Source: an uncultured delta proteobacterium (lineage in GTDB: Bacteria > Desulfobacterota > DSM-4660 > Desulfatiglandales > HGW-15). From it: DNA of 64,000 bases. A program made the translations under genes and the position numbers. Below the pieces are notes generated by a model. It was given only the letters and a program-made list of their open reading frames with translations, was not told where the DNA came from and ran no database searches. Shown piece by piece: positions 36,636 to 45,419 of the stretch (position 1 is its first letter; every line of letters begins with the position of its first letter). The stretch is taken from contig CAVUFY010000013.1 in the NCBI GenBank assembly GCA_963740905.1, positions 264,147-328,146 on the forward strand, in the 5' to 3' direction.

Positions 36636-38066
36636 ATGGAAATTAAGACCATCGATCTCCTTTCTGTCGGCATAGACGTCGGCAGCGCAACCAGTCACTT
36701 GGTCTTTTCAAACCTGGTCCTGGCGAAGGACGAGATGTCCCCGACGCTCCGGTTCAATATCAAGCAAAGAAAGGTCATTTACGAGGGCGAGATCATTCAG
36801 ACCCCTCTTCTCGAAGACAAGACTATTGATGTGGATGCGTTGACCGCCTTTTTCAGGCGGGAATACGAGAAGGCGGGAATTGACCCCGCCCACATTCAAA
36901 CCGGCGCGGTGATCATTACCGGGGAGTCGGCCAAGAGACACAACGCACGGCAGATCGCTCAGGCCCTGTCCAAGGATGCAGGGAAGCTCGTGGCGGCGAC
37001 TGCGGGCCCTAACTTCGAAAGCCTTCTCGCTGCTATGGGCTCCGGAGCAACCGGAAGATCAAGAGATCAGAGCAAGACCATACTTTCCTGCGACATCGGC
37101 GGCGGGACATCCAACCTGGCCATTTCCAGAAACGGTGAAGTTCTCTCAACGAGTTGCATCGCTGTAGGCGGCAGATTACTGGCCATGGATTCTGAGATAA
37201 GAATCCGCCAGTTTGCCGATCCGGCGATGAAAGTCATGCGGGATATCGGCTTGAACTATCAGGTCGGCGATCGGATACTCAAAGAGGATATTGGAAAAAT
37301 CGCATCCAGGATGGCCGAAGTGCTGGTTGAAGTGTTGACGGGGCCTGCCAAGTCTTCCCTGGCAAAACAGCTCATGGTAACCGGTGATCTGGACTTTTCG
37401 ACCCCTGTCGATGAATATCTGTTTTCCGGAGGGGTGGCAGAGATCATCTACGGAAGAAAGGGTCGTTACAATGACATCGGAAGTATTCTTGCAAAAAAGA
37501 TCCAATCGTTGATTCCTGCACTCAAGTCTCCGGTTGTAGAGCCGGTCAACAAGATCAGAGCGACGGTCATCGGTGCAGGGGCCTATTCCCTGTCCGTTTC
37601 GGGTTCGTCGGGCTTTATAGACGACCGTCTCATCCTTCCTATCAGAAACATCCCTGTCCTGAGGGTGGACGCGGAGCTTCCAAAGCTGAGTCTGGAACAT
37701 GTCGTTTCACGGGTGAACATGGCTTTTCGGAGACATGATTTGCTCGAAGGCCAGGAAATCGTGGCCCTCTACTTCAAGGACCCTGTCCGGGTCAACTATC
37801 CGGAGCTGGAGCTCTTTGCAAAAGCCATGGAAACGGCCCTTCCAAACTCTATCACCAAAGAGCTGCCCATTGTCCTCATTTTTGGAAAAGATATCGCATG
37901 CAGTGTGGGCAAGGTTATTCGCCGGGAAACCGATTTGAAAACCAATCTGCTTTCCCTGGACGAATTATCCCTCAACGACGGGGATTGGATCGATATTAGC
38001 GAGCCTTTGGTAGGGCGGCAGGTATTTCCTGTCACCGTCAAATCGCTCGTCTTCCCTGTAAACTAA
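36636..38066 (+). CDS. EutA-family (ethanolamine ammonia-lyase reactivase-like) ASKHA ATPase
   Basis: LLSVGIDVGSATSHLVFS...GAVIITGESAKRHNAR...VAATAGPNFES...DIGGGTSNLA...VGGRLL parallels E. coli EutA block by block, as I recall that sequence. Confidence 0.85.
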   Translation: MEIKTIDLLSVGIDVGSATSHLVFSNLVLAKDEMSPTLRFNIKQRKVIYEGEIIQTPLLEDKTIDVDALTAFFRREYEKAGIDPAHIQTGAVIITGESAKRHNARQIAQALSKDAGKLVAATAGPNFESLLAAMGSGATGRSRDQSKTILSCDIGGGTSNLAISRNGEVLSTSCIAVGGRLLAMDSEIRIRQFADPAMKVMRDIGLNYQVGDRILKEDIGKIASRMAEVLVEVLTGPAKSSLAKQLMVTGDLDFSTPVDEYLFSGGVAEIIYGRKGRYNDIGSILAKKIQSLIPALKSPVVEPVNKIRATVIGAGAYSLSVSGSSGFIDDRLILPIRNIPVLRVDAELPKLSLEHVVSRVNMAFRRHDLLEGQEIVALYFKDPVRVNYPELELFAKAMETALPNSITKELPIVLIFGKDIACSVGKVIRRETDLKTNLLSLDELSLNDGDWIDISEPLVGRQVFPVTVKSLVFPVN

Positions 38067-38117
38067 TAGGGGTATCGGAAGTGATGGTAGTTGCTTTGGA
38101 AATTGGAATTTTTGTCG

Positions 38118-38160
38118 TTTCGATTTCTTTCGAATTTCGTGCTTCGCATTTCGAATTTGC
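38118..38160. repeat. Short TTTCG / TTTCGAATTT reiterations in a convergent intergenic region
   Basis: gtTTCGatttcTTTCGAATTTCGtgcttcgcaTTTCGAATTTgc, read directly. Confidence 0.3.
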
Positions 38161-38264
38161 TCGTCAGGAATCTAGCCTGTTTGTTTGAGGATTAAGGAGC
38201 GCTTCGCTTGGGGTTTGAGGAAAAGCCCTTCTTGGCTTTAACCTCCGACCTCTTCTTGCATGTG

Positions 38265-38735
38265 TCAGACTTTCAAAGCTCTCTCCAGCGCAAGTCCTGC
38301 CATCTTCCTTACATGCTCATCGCTTGAGATCAGGTAATCCGCGATTCCCTCTATAAACGATGCAGTGAAAAGCGCCAGTCCATCGAAGAGCTCTTCCTTT
38401 TCCTCCTTTGCCCGGAGACACACGATCTTAGGAAACTTTCTCTGCTTCTTGAATCCTTCCACAAGGATCAAATCACAACCGGCACAATATGGGAGCATGT
38501 CATCAAGACTCTTTTCTCCCTTGACGATGATTTCTGCCTCCCCGGGAGAAGCGGCTGCAACCACCTCGGCGAAGGGTCTGTATCTGGACGAATCCGCATC
38601 GGCAAGCCGGAGCTCACAGGAAACGTGTTTGACCACCCCCACACGCAGCCCTTTGTCGGAGAGTTCCCTGCACAGTTTAACACCCAGCGTGGTCTTGCCG
38701 CTCTTGTGGTAACCGACGATGCCGATGACTTTCAC
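38265..38735 (-). CDS. mobB: Molybdopterin-guanine dinucleotide biosynthesis adaptor protein MobB-like
   Basis: MKVIGIVGYHKSGKTTL...VGVVKH... and MobB-like size. Confidence 0.8.
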   Translation of the reverse strand: MKVIGIVGYHKSGKTTLGVKLCRELSDKGLRVGVVKHVSCELRLADADSSRYRPFAEVVAAASPGEAEIIVKGEKSLDDMLPYCAGCDLILVEGFKKQRKFPKIVCLRAKEEKEELFDGLALFTASFIEGIADYLISSDEHVRKMAGLALERALKV

Positions 38736-38741
38736 TTCATT

Positions 38742-39014
38742 CTATCCTCCTGCAAGCATCATGGTCACATGAATCTCATCCCCATCCTTTACCGGTTTAA
38801 GCAGTTCATTCGGGTAGGCGCTCTGCATATTCAAATAGATCTCCACGACGTTGTTGAGTCCCCCCTTCTTATCGAAGATGTTCGGCCCCATGCCCGGGAA
38901 TATCCCTACCAGAGTCTTTAGGCATTCTCCTACCGTTTTTCCTTCCACCTCGACCATTTCCTGCCCGTTTGCGTATTGTCTGAGAGTCAGGTGAAGGTTT
39001 ACTTTCACACCCAT
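38742..39014 (-). CDS. moaD: MoaD/ThiS-family sulfur carrier (C-terminal Gly-Gly)
   Basis: 90 aa, ...GDEIHVTMMLAGG. Confidence 0.8.
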   Translation of the reverse strand: MGVKVNLHLTLRQYANGQEMVEVEGKTVGECLKTLVGIFPGMGPNIFDKKGGLNNVVEIYLNMQSAYPNELLKPVKDGDEIHVTMMLAGG

Positions 39015-39017
39015 GTC

Positions 39018-39761
39018 CTACTCCTCCTTGGCCACGTGGGCACAGTGTTCACATTCCGGATTCCTGCTCACCTTGAATTCGGCAAACCTCAGATTCAGCC
39101 CATCGTAGATCAACAAACGATTGACGAGCAGTTCGCCGGCCCCCGTGAGATATTTTATGACCTCCGTAGCCTGGATGCAACCGATAACCGCCGGTGTAGC
39201 ACCGAGAACAGGGAATTTCTCATGAGGTCCGGGGCCTCTGTAGAGACAGCGCAAGCATGCGCTTTTTCCCGGAATTACAGTCATGGCCCGTCCTTCCAGG
39301 CCGCGGACCGCGCCATGGAAAAAAGGAATACGCAGCGCGACGGCCGCTCTGTTCAGGATGAACCTTGTAGGCAGGTTATCCATGGCGTCCACGATTGCGT
39401 CACATCCTGTCGTAAGATCCTTCACATTGTCTTCTGTGATCGTCTTGTCTACGATTTCCACCTTGACGTGAGGATTCATTTTTCGAAGCTTTTCACTTGC
39501 TGAATCCACTTTCTTTCTTCCCACGTCTTCATCCCAGTGGAGGATCTGTCTATTCAGGTTGCTCACCTCAATCCTGTCATGATCTGCCAGCCTGATCCCG
39601 CCCACGCCGGCAACGGCGAGATACATGCTGACAGGTGATCCGAGACCTCCTGCGCCCGCAACAAACACTCTTGCCTCTTTCAGTTTCTCCTGCCCGGCTT
39701 CCCCAATCTCCGGGATCATGATCTGCCTGTCGTATCTTTTCAGCTCTTCGGCTTTGAACAT
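39018..39761 (-). CDS. moeB: Molybdopterin-synthase adenylyltransferase (MoeB/ThiF family)
   Basis: RYDRQI...VFVAGAGGLGSPV...DHDRIEVSNLNRQ and C-terminal CxxC pairs (CLRC, CEHC). Confidence 0.88.
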   Translation of the reverse strand: MFKAEELKRYDRQIMIPEIGEAGQEKLKEARVFVAGAGGLGSPVSMYLAVAGVGGIRLADHDRIEVSNLNRQILHWDEDVGRKKVDSASEKLRKMNPHVKVEIVDKTITEDNVKDLTTGCDAIVDAMDNLPTRFILNRAAVALRIPFFHGAVRGLEGRAMTVIPGKSACLRCLYRGPGPHEKFPVLGATPAVIGCIQATEVIKYLTGAGELLVNRLLIYDGLNLRFAEFKVSRNPECEHCAHVAKEE

Positions 39762-39928
39762 GACCGGTTCCTCCCACAGATAGGCCCACAGAAAAGGCTT
39801 TACAACGCCACCCCGTTATGGAACTTTTAAGCAATCCCAATCTGTTTTTCAAGCGCTTTCCTTGATGAAATCATCTGCGATGATGGATTTCATTGTCCAC
39901 ACTTTCTGAAAAGGGTGACAGGCCAACC

Positions 39929-41342
39929 ATGACTGTCAAACGACAAAAGATGGTCATTCTTGCAAGCTATCTTCCCGGCGAAACCTACGGCCTTCTCGGA
40001 CCCCAGGCAGCGGCAACCATCATTCAGGGGCATTCCCCTTACGAATGCGTCGTCCTCGCGGTCACCAGAGAGGATGACAAAAGCCTGCTCAAAAAGCTCC
40101 TGGCCCGTTTCTTCGACTCTGGAAAGGCCTGTGGTCGGCTTTTCTTACCTCAGCGGAAGAGAAGACCTCTTCTCTTTTGCTAAAGAACTCACCGAGGAGG
40201 GAGGATTCACTATTCTAGCCGGTCCCCAAGCCGATGTGGATTACCTAGGTGAAAAGGAATGGCGAAAATACGACCACCGTTTTAACGGACTTTCAAAACA
40301 CTTTTCCTTAGCCCTGCACGGGCCTGCAGAGCAGATTCTTGCACTTTTTCATGAACCGAAACAAAGCGCCTGGAGCAAAGTGCCCGGATTGCTTTGGCCG
40401 GATAAAGAACAGGGGTTGATCCAGAATCCGAAGTCCTCATGGGATCCAGCCCGTTTCACCAGAGTTTCATGGAATAACCTTTATCGCCTGGTGGATGGCC
40501 AAATGGTCCCTCTGAAGATTACCACCGCGCAAGTTCTCTGGCATATCGGTTGCCCTCATGCGGCCCGCGCCCGGCTTGCGGAAGTGGATTATCCGGCGTT
40601 CCTGGCTGGAGGGGAAAGAAAGAAAACAAAGGTCCTTCTCAGGGGTTGCAGTTTCTGCGACGTGGCAGTAGACAAGGGTTTCCTCGGCTCTCTCGGCATC
40701 GAAGCCGTTCTCTCTCAGATCCAGAACCTTCCTGAAAAGGAGGACGGCCGGAAGATAAGTTTTGAATTGATCAATGAAAACGCCCTTCCTAGCCTTCCTC
40801 GCCTGCTGGAAGCGCTCAGGATCAAGGGGGTCAGTCTCTCCCAGATCCATCTCACTCTCAGGGCCGACTGGTTCGGACTGGGGGAAGCCTACCTCCGGCA
40901 AGCCCTGCGATTGGCCCGGGAGATGGGAATCCGGATCTTACTGGGGTCCATGGGTTTTGAATCCTTTGACGACACGATCCTTGCCAATCTCCACAAAGGC
41001 CTGGATGTGAGCACCAACCTGCGCGCCATTCAGCTTATGCGTCAAATGAAGAATGAGTTTCCCGACCAGTGGAGCTACTCCAGGCAGGATGGGGCCGTCC
41101 ATGGGTTCATTCATCCTACCCCTTGGGACACGGAGGAGACGGAGGCCAACAGCCGCAAAATTATTAACACCTACGGGTTGGCCCTTGACATCCTGCCGGA
41201 TCACAGTATACCTCTCATCATTCACCATGCCTCGGCCCTCGGGGACTGGATTCGCGAAGTGGAGACGAAAGAGAATATTCAATTCAAAAGGGAGGGCACC
41301 ATCATCGGATGGTGGCAGGCGGGAGATCAATTTGTGCTGTAG
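39929..41342 (+). pseudogene. B12-binding-like domain / radical-SAM-like protein with an apparent 1-nt frameshift near 40121-40130
   Basis: Frame A (39929-40130) gives MTVKRQKMVILASYLPGETYGLLGPQAAATIIQG...LLARFFDSGK. Frame B continues (R)PVVGFSYLSGREDLFSFAKELTEEGGFTILAGPQA, as in B12-binding domains. The C-terminus has GCSFCDV and LGSMGFESFDDTILANLHKG (radical-SAM-like). The alternative is two separate genes, the second starting at a GTG near 40129. Confidence 0.6.
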
Positions 41343-41389
41343 GAATGAACCCCGCAGATTTCATGGGACCAGAGCAAAGGAGGAAAGAC

Positions 41390-41584
41390 ATGAAAGTAAG
41401 GATTGATTACGACCTGTGCATGGGAGACAGGAATTGTAACAAGGTCTGCCCCGAGGTTTTTCAGTATGATGAAGACAAGCTCATATCACGTGTTCTAGCC
41501 GAAGTGGTGCCTAGACACCTGGAGAAGGCCGTGAGAAAAGCGGCTCGAGAATGCGCGCCGGGAGCCATTGTCGTGGAGGAGTAG
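41390..41584 (+). CDS. Small single-cluster ferredoxin
   Basis: AGGAGG SD, then MKVRIDYDLCMGDRNCNKVCPEVF...ECAPGAIVVEE. Confidence 0.7.
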   Translation: MKVRIDYDLCMGDRNCNKVCPEVFQYDEDKLISRVLAEVVPRHLEKAVRKAARECAPGAIVVEE

Positions 41585-41595
41585 GAGGATCAATC

Positions 41596-42279
41596 TCACT
41601 CAAGCATTCTCATCTTCCACACTTTTTCGCCCTGTTTGAGGGTAACGGCGTCCTGGCTTATTCCCGTGACGCTCACCCCTTCCACCATTCCGTTTGCTCG
41701 GACAATGTGCCCGTTGATCACGGCAAAACATGATTCAGGGTCATGTGACCAGACAATGGCCTGGAGCTCCAGCACGGGCCCAGCCGAATCATGAGGCGCT
41801 CTTTCGACACGCGGACGAGGTGGTTCGATCCGTCGTTGAGACGTTCTCTCTTTCAGGTCTTCCTTAAGAACCGTGGCAGGGACTTTGGGGGCGTTTAATC
41901 TTGCAGCCTCGGGCTCTGCTGCCATGTCGAGTTCAGGGATCGCTCTCTTCCCATCCGCCGGCCCCGGCTTTTCCTTTCCGAGCTTTTCCGAATCCAGAGG
42001 GAGAAAGAGGGGCGTTTTTTCCTCGGAGATTTTGGGGACAGCGGGTGCGGAAGCTGGTGCTATGGGCGCGAAGGACATGTGCCGTAAGCCGATTACAACG
42101 CCTGCGGACAACACAAGGATCAACCCCAGAAGTGTCGTCATTCGATGGACAAGCCAGGTCCTCCTTATCCTCTGGTTCATGGCTCGCTTGGCGTCAAACT
42201 TCTTCGGCGGGGACAGGTCAGAGGCCTGCTTGGTCGATTGGCTTTCGATCTTCCTAAGGGCTTTCAAGATGGCGCTCAA
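41596..42279 (-). CDS. GspB/ExeB-like protein (N-terminal MSxILxALRK motif, TM helix)
   Basis: MSAILKALRKIESQS..., one TM helix and a Pro-rich periplasmic part. It lies downstream of the exeA-like gene. Confidence 0.6.
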   Translation of the reverse strand: MSAILKALRKIESQSTKQASDLSPPKKFDAKRAMNQRIRRTWLVHRMTTLLGLILVLSAGVVIGLRHMSFAPIAPASAPAVPKISEEKTPLFLPLDSEKLGKEKPGPADGKRAIPELDMAAEPEAARLNAPKVPATVLKEDLKERTSQRRIEPPRPRVERAPHDSAGPVLELQAIVWSHDPESCFAVINGHIVRANGMVEGVSVTGISQDAVTLKQGEKVWKMRMLE

Positions 42280-42380
42280 GAATCAGAACTCCCTCATGTG
42301 CTGTTTATATCCCACCCTTGCCCAAAAATCCTCTCACGCAGGCTGCCGGACGCAAGTAGACGCTATGCTGGCCCGCGAGT

Positions 42381-44201
42381 CTAATCAACAAGTCGTGGGA
42401 TGTTCAGCGACCTATTCTCGTTATACAGCGCAATCTTGGTGAAAGGCCCCACCAGTCCATCCGTTTGGATTCCGTGCTTTGCCTGAATCCCTTTAATGAC
42501 CATGATGGTCTGACCATTATAGGCTGAGCTGATCTCTATTCCTTCATAGCCAAGATCGCGGATAAACGCCTTGAGACTCAGTACGGAATCAGCTGAGCTC
42601 TCGTAGGGAATCACTCCTTCATAACCCAGGAAGTCCTTCCATGGAACATACGCGACACCCCCCCAATAGGGCTTGATCTGACTGAAAGCGCACTCCATCT
42701 CGCCCCTTTCCGGCGCGCTGAAGGTCAGATCATCCTGGTGCATCTTCACAAGTGCCACAAACTTGGGAGGCAGGTTATCACCCATCCGAATCTCGAGAAT
42801 GGCGGGCAAATTGAGTTTTCGCAAAAGATCCAAGCCCTCTGTAACCCTGAGAATTTGTAAACCCTTTTGCTTGGCAGCAATGCGAAAGAAAGCCTGGTCA
42901 TCGTCCATCGTATCGAGGAGGCTGGTAATCTCCGGCTGGTCGGTCCACAGATCGAGGACAGCCGTGAGCGCATGGGTTCTCGTTGCCCTTCTGTCCATCG
43001 AGTTCAGATAATCATCAAAATTTCCAAGAGGCTTCGATAAGGACCCCTGTTTCTGTGATTCTTGAAAAGGAGGCTTCTCCGTCTCTGTCTCCATGGCCGG
43101 AGCTTTCGGTATGAGTGCTGGGTTGGCCTGATTTTCCTTGATTGCGGAGGGTAGAACGGTAGCCTGGCTCAAATAGGGATCGAGCATCTTCTCCTTCTCG
43201 TTTTCAACCTTTTGCCGCACCTTCGGAGTTTCGAGTTCTTTTGATTCTAGAAGAGTGCTGATTCGCATATCCACCGAGCGATGAATAACCAAGAAGATAG
43301 AAGCCAGGTAAAGGACGGCCACCAGCACCCCAAGGAGGACTCCCAAGGAAAGCGGCATTTTCCTCCCCCCGCCAAGTGCGGTTTTCCGAACATTAACGCG
43401 TCCCGCAAGTTCCCGGATGGCAGCCCTTGCGATGATACCGGTCATTCGCTTGCGATTCAGGCCGAAGGCAGTGAGAAGGACACGGTCGGAGGCAATGTTG
43501 ATCATTCTTGGAACGCCTCCCGAGTATCGGTAGATGGCACGGTAGGCGCCGCGTGCAAACTTGACATCGGACTTTTGCGAAGCCACCTGAATACGATGCT
43601 GGATGTACTCCCTGGTCTCCTTGAAGGTTAAGGGAGTCAGGTGACAACTGAGAGTGATTCTTTGCCCAAGCTGCCTCAGGTCATGGGAATCCAGCATTTC
43701 GCTCAGCTCGGGCTGTCCCACCAGGATAATTTGTAAAAGCTTGCTTGTGGTGGTTTCCAGATTGGAAAGAAGCCGCAACTGTTCGAGGACGTCTTTGCTC
43801 AGATTTTGTGCCTCATCAATGATGAGAACAACTTTCTTGCCCTCCGCCTTCTTCTTCATGAGGAAGCCATTGAGGCCGTCAATCAGATTCTTGATGTCCT
43901 CCCCGTGGGATGCTATACCGAATTCATCACTGATGGCCTTAAGCAACTGCAGGGCGTCCAGTTTGGGATTGAAGATGTAGGCCGCTTCCGTGAATTTGTC
44001 CAGGTTCTCGAGCACAGCACGGCACAGGGTCGTCTTTCCCGTGCCCACCTCACCTGTCATTTCAACGAATCCGTCTCCTTGGGAGATGGCATAAACGAGG
44101 TGTGCCATCGCCTCTTCATGGCTCCGGCTCAGAAAGAGGTAGGCGGGATTAGGAACAAGCTGGAATGGCCTTTCCCTGAATCCGTAGAAGTTGTTGTACA
44201 T
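42381..44201 (-). CDS. ExeA/GspA-like AAA ATPase with a C-terminal peptidoglycan-binding domain
   Basis: FYGFRERPFQLVPNPAYLF...GEVGTGKTTLCRAV...IIDEAQNL, a TM helix, and C-terminal ...GIQTDGLVGPFTKIALY. Confidence 0.88.
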   Translation of the reverse strand: MYNNFYGFRERPFQLVPNPAYLFLSRSHEEAMAHLVYAISQGDGFVEMTGEVGTGKTTLCRAVLENLDKFTEAAYIFNPKLDALQLLKAISDEFGIASHGEDIKNLIDGLNGFLMKKKAEGKKVVLIIDEAQNLSKDVLEQLRLLSNLETTTSKLLQIILVGQPELSEMLDSHDLRQLGQRITLSCHLTPLTFKETREYIQHRIQVASQKSDVKFARGAYRAIYRYSGGVPRMINIASDRVLLTAFGLNRKRMTGIIARAAIRELAGRVNVRKTALGGGRKMPLSLGVLLGVLVAVLYLASIFLVIHRSVDMRISTLLESKELETPKVRQKVENEKEKMLDPYLSQATVLPSAIKENQANPALIPKAPAMETETEKPPFQESQKQGSLSKPLGNFDDYLNSMDRRATRTHALTAVLDLWTDQPEITSLLDTMDDDQAFFRIAAKQKGLQILRVTEGLDLLRKLNLPAILEIRMGDNLPPKFVALVKMHQDDLTFSAPERGEMECAFSQIKPYWGGVAYVPWKDFLGYEGVIPYESSADSVLSLKAFIRDLGYEGIEISSAYNGQTIMVIKGIQAKHGIQTDGLVGPFTKIALYNENRSLNIPRLVD

Positions 44202-44227
44202 TTAGAAGATCCTTCGTCTCTCTTCTC

Positions 44228-44371
44228 TCATCGTTCCCCCATCTTCCGGGGACGACGGTTCCACAGAACTGACACCTTCCCCAAAGCCCATCCTTCACCG
44301 ATGCAAAAAACGGCGGGAATGCCCTGTTCCAGGGATTTGAGGAACTCTTTTCTCGTCATCATCCCGGCCAT
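44228..44371 (-). CDS. Candidate 47-aa small ORF upstream of the exeA-like gene
   Basis: GGAGAG SD 4 nt before the ATG, then MAGMMTRKEFLKSLEQGIPAVFCIGEGWALGKVSVLWNRRPRKMGER. It is below the ORF-track cutoff and has no recognised family. Confidence 0.25.
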   Translation of the reverse strand: MAGMMTRKEFLKSLEQGIPAVFCIGEGWALGKVSVLWNRRPRKMGER

Positions 44372-44612
44372 GAGTCTCTCCGCCCCTCGTCAAATAATAT
44401 AGGTATGTTACTCGAAATCTTGACAAGGATCAAAAAAATTATTGTCTTTTGAATGCCACCAGCGGAATCAGGAGTCCGCCGGCGGCCAGGGCCCCAACCG
44501 TAGTCCCGGTGAGAGATCCGCCGCAAGGATCCGGCAGCGCTGAGAGGTCTTATAGGAATGAGCTGAGCCGTGAGGAGAAGCCATGAGAAGAGCGCTAGGG
44601 AGATGGAGGTCC

Positions 44613-45191
44613 TTATTCCTCCTCAAAGGCTTGGACTTGGTAAGTAGACACTTCAAGTGTCTCGTTTTTCCACGCTTCCGCGTCAAGCCCCGCCTTCATG
44701 CAGAGATGGGCGAGGAAAGCTTCCTTGTCGGGAAGTTGGTCCCAAACTTGTGGAAGGAAGGTCGCCTGGTAATAGCCCTTTCGGATGATCACTCCATCCA
44801 CACCCGGTCTCAGCCTGTTCAACAGGTCGTGGGCGTCCGAATAGAAGAGGGGCCGGGGCTCAGTCAGGATGCTTACTTCTATTTTGATCTTTCCGAATTC
44901 GTTCTTTGAAAGAGGTCTGAACCTGGGATCCCGGAAGGCGGCATTGGTGGCGTTCACTCTGACCCCATCGATCACAGTTTCCTGAGGGATGATATGGCCG
45001 ATGCATCCCCTCAGGTTTCCGTTCATAGTAAGCGTGACGAAGGTACCTCGCTTTTCTGAGAATCTCGGCGAGAAGTCCGTCTCATCCTTGGTTCCGCCTT
45101 TCCTTTCGAAAAGGGCTTGATCAATGGCCTGCCTTGCGACTTGCAGAAGATGTCTCCCCTCTGCCTCGGTCAGTTTGTTCGTATCCGCCAT
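44613..45191 (-). CDS. AMMECR1-domain protein
   Basis: ...RGTFVTLTMNGNLRGCIGHI... is the AMMECR1 signature. AAGGAGGG lies upstream of the ATG at 45191. Confidence 0.85.
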   Translation of the reverse strand: MADTNKLTEAEGRHLLQVARQAIDQALFERKGGTKDETDFSPRFSEKRGTFVTLTMNGNLRGCIGHIIPQETVIDGVRVNATNAAFRDPRFRPLSKNEFGKIKIEVSILTEPRPLFYSDAHDLLNRLRPGVDGVIIRKGYYQATFLPQVWDQLPDKEAFLAHLCMKAGLDAEAWKNETLEVSTYQVQAFEEE

Positions 45192-45419
45192 CCCACCCTC
45201 CTTGACCATGCGGCGTTGCACTCCAGTGAGTGCTCTGTCCTCCGGCTTCGCAAACCGGAGATACATGAAAGAAACACGACACACCATGGTATTACTCTTC
45301 CGGTTTCATCTCATTCTCAAAGAGCCCTGCTGCCTTTTCATGATCTTAACTCTTATTATTTTACCAATCGACAAAAAGATTTCTTCCTCTGTTCCCGAGC
45401 TGAAATCTGTCGGCAGATT

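Noticed and set aside
39960-40128. N-terminal 56 codons of ORF 39960..41342 as given in the ORF track.
   Set aside because: The translation (MQAIFPAKPTAFSDPRQRQPSFRGIPLTNASSSRSPERMTKACSKSSWPVSSTLE) is low-complexity. The overlapping frame from 39929 gives a sensible B12-domain-like sequence, so this part is out of frame.
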